Shown in pieces: positions 39,941 through 40,452 of a stretch of DNA of 40,452 nucleotides (position 1 is its first letter; each line of letters starts with the position of its first letter). The notes beneath the pieces are model-generated. The model saw only the letters and a list, made by a program, of their open reading frames with translations. It ran no database searches and was not told the origin of the DNA. This DNA is from an uncultured bacterium (GTDB lineage Bacteria > Patescibacteriota > Minisyncoccia > Minisyncoccales > CAZLLZ01). Location: NCBI GenBank assembly GCA_965552115.1, contig CBEVQU010000001.1, positions 1 through 40,452 on the forward strand, in the 5' to 3' direction. Both the position numbers and the translations under genes were made by a program.

Positions 39941-40452
39941 ATGTTCTCAAAAAAAGAAATAATAAAACTTTCAAAAAAATATAATTTTTCTCCTAAAAAG
40001 AGATGGGGGCAGCACTTTTTGATATCTAAAAGAGAAACAAAAGCAATTTTAAAAGAAGCTAACTTAAAAAAAAGAGATATTGTTTTAGAAGTAGGAGCTG
40101 GAATGGGAAATTTAACTTATTTTTTAGCTAAAAAATGTAAAAAAGTAATAGCTGTAGAAAGAGATGAAAGATTAGTTAAGATTTCAAAAAAGATCTTGAA
40201 AGATCAAAAAAATGTAAAAATAATTAAAGCCGATATTTTGAAATTTAATGCAAAAAAATATAACTTACAAAAATTTAAATATAAAGTTGTAGCTAACTTA
40301 CCTTATTATCTTTCTTCTCGTTTTTTAAGAACTTTTTTGGAGAAATTTCCTCCAAAAGAAATGATTTTACTTTTACAAAAAGAACTAGCAGAGAAAATCT
40401 TAGCTAAAGATAAAAAGGAAAGTATTCTTTCTCTCTCTGTTAAATTTTTTGC
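39941..40452 (+). CDS. rsmA: 16S rRNA (adenine1518/1519-N6)-dimethyltransferase, N-terminal part (runs off the window end)
   Basis: Not in ORF track. From ATG 39941: MFSKKEIIKLSKKYNFSPKKRWGQHFL...VLEVGAGMGNLT...ANLPYY, the KsgA/RsmA signature. Confidence 0.9.
   Translation, partial: MFSKKEIIKLSKKYNFSPKKRWGQHFLISKRETKAILKEANLKKRDIVLEVGAGMGNLTYFLAKKCKKVIAVERDERLVKISKKILKDQKNVKIIKADILKFNAKKYNLQKFKYKVVANLPYYLSSRFLRTFLEKFPPKEMILLLQKELAEKILAKDKKESILSLSVKFF

Overview
Strongly AT-rich, very gene-dense bacterial chromosome segment read with the standard code (TGA acts as stop in ATGA start/stop overlaps). Most genes are core information-processing and proteostasis genes: gyrA 5' end, S1, ftsH, rimI, infB, htrA, hup, rny, clpP, tig, ppa, nusA, yraN, cca, rpsO, pnp, a dksA/traR-like gene, comM/yifB and the ksgA 5' end. 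There are also 17 dispersed tRNA genes, none of which encodes CCA. One ~11-kb accessory block holds a histidine kinase and a CheY-like regulator co-transcribed with a monoderm-style type IV pilus machine (PilB, PilC, three oversized Cys-rich minor-pilin-like proteins, PilM/N/O). The short proteins, the IF-2 without an N-terminal region, the pilus block and a Cys-rich TrbC/VirB2-like 2-TM protein suggest a reduced-genome CPR/Patescibacteria-type organism; this is inference only. The most unusual signal visible directly in the sequence is architectural. tRNAs and CDSs alternate on the same strand with 0-14 nt spacers or 10-nt overlaps, as in mitochondrial tRNA punctuation. Sigma70-type promoters sit 6-9 nt from ATG codons or from tRNA +1, implying leaderless mRNAs and possibly a leaderless tRNA. 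I saw no Shine-Dalgarno motifs. Other items: two tRNAs with C33, a genomic tRNA-Ile(UAU), an orphan radical SAM/SPASM enzyme, an NYN nuclease between rpsO and pnp, and a 500-aa tail-anchored E/K coiled-coil protein coupled to pnp. I saw no CRISPR array, transposase, integrase or rRNA. All family calls come from motif recognition by eye; no database search or structure program was run.
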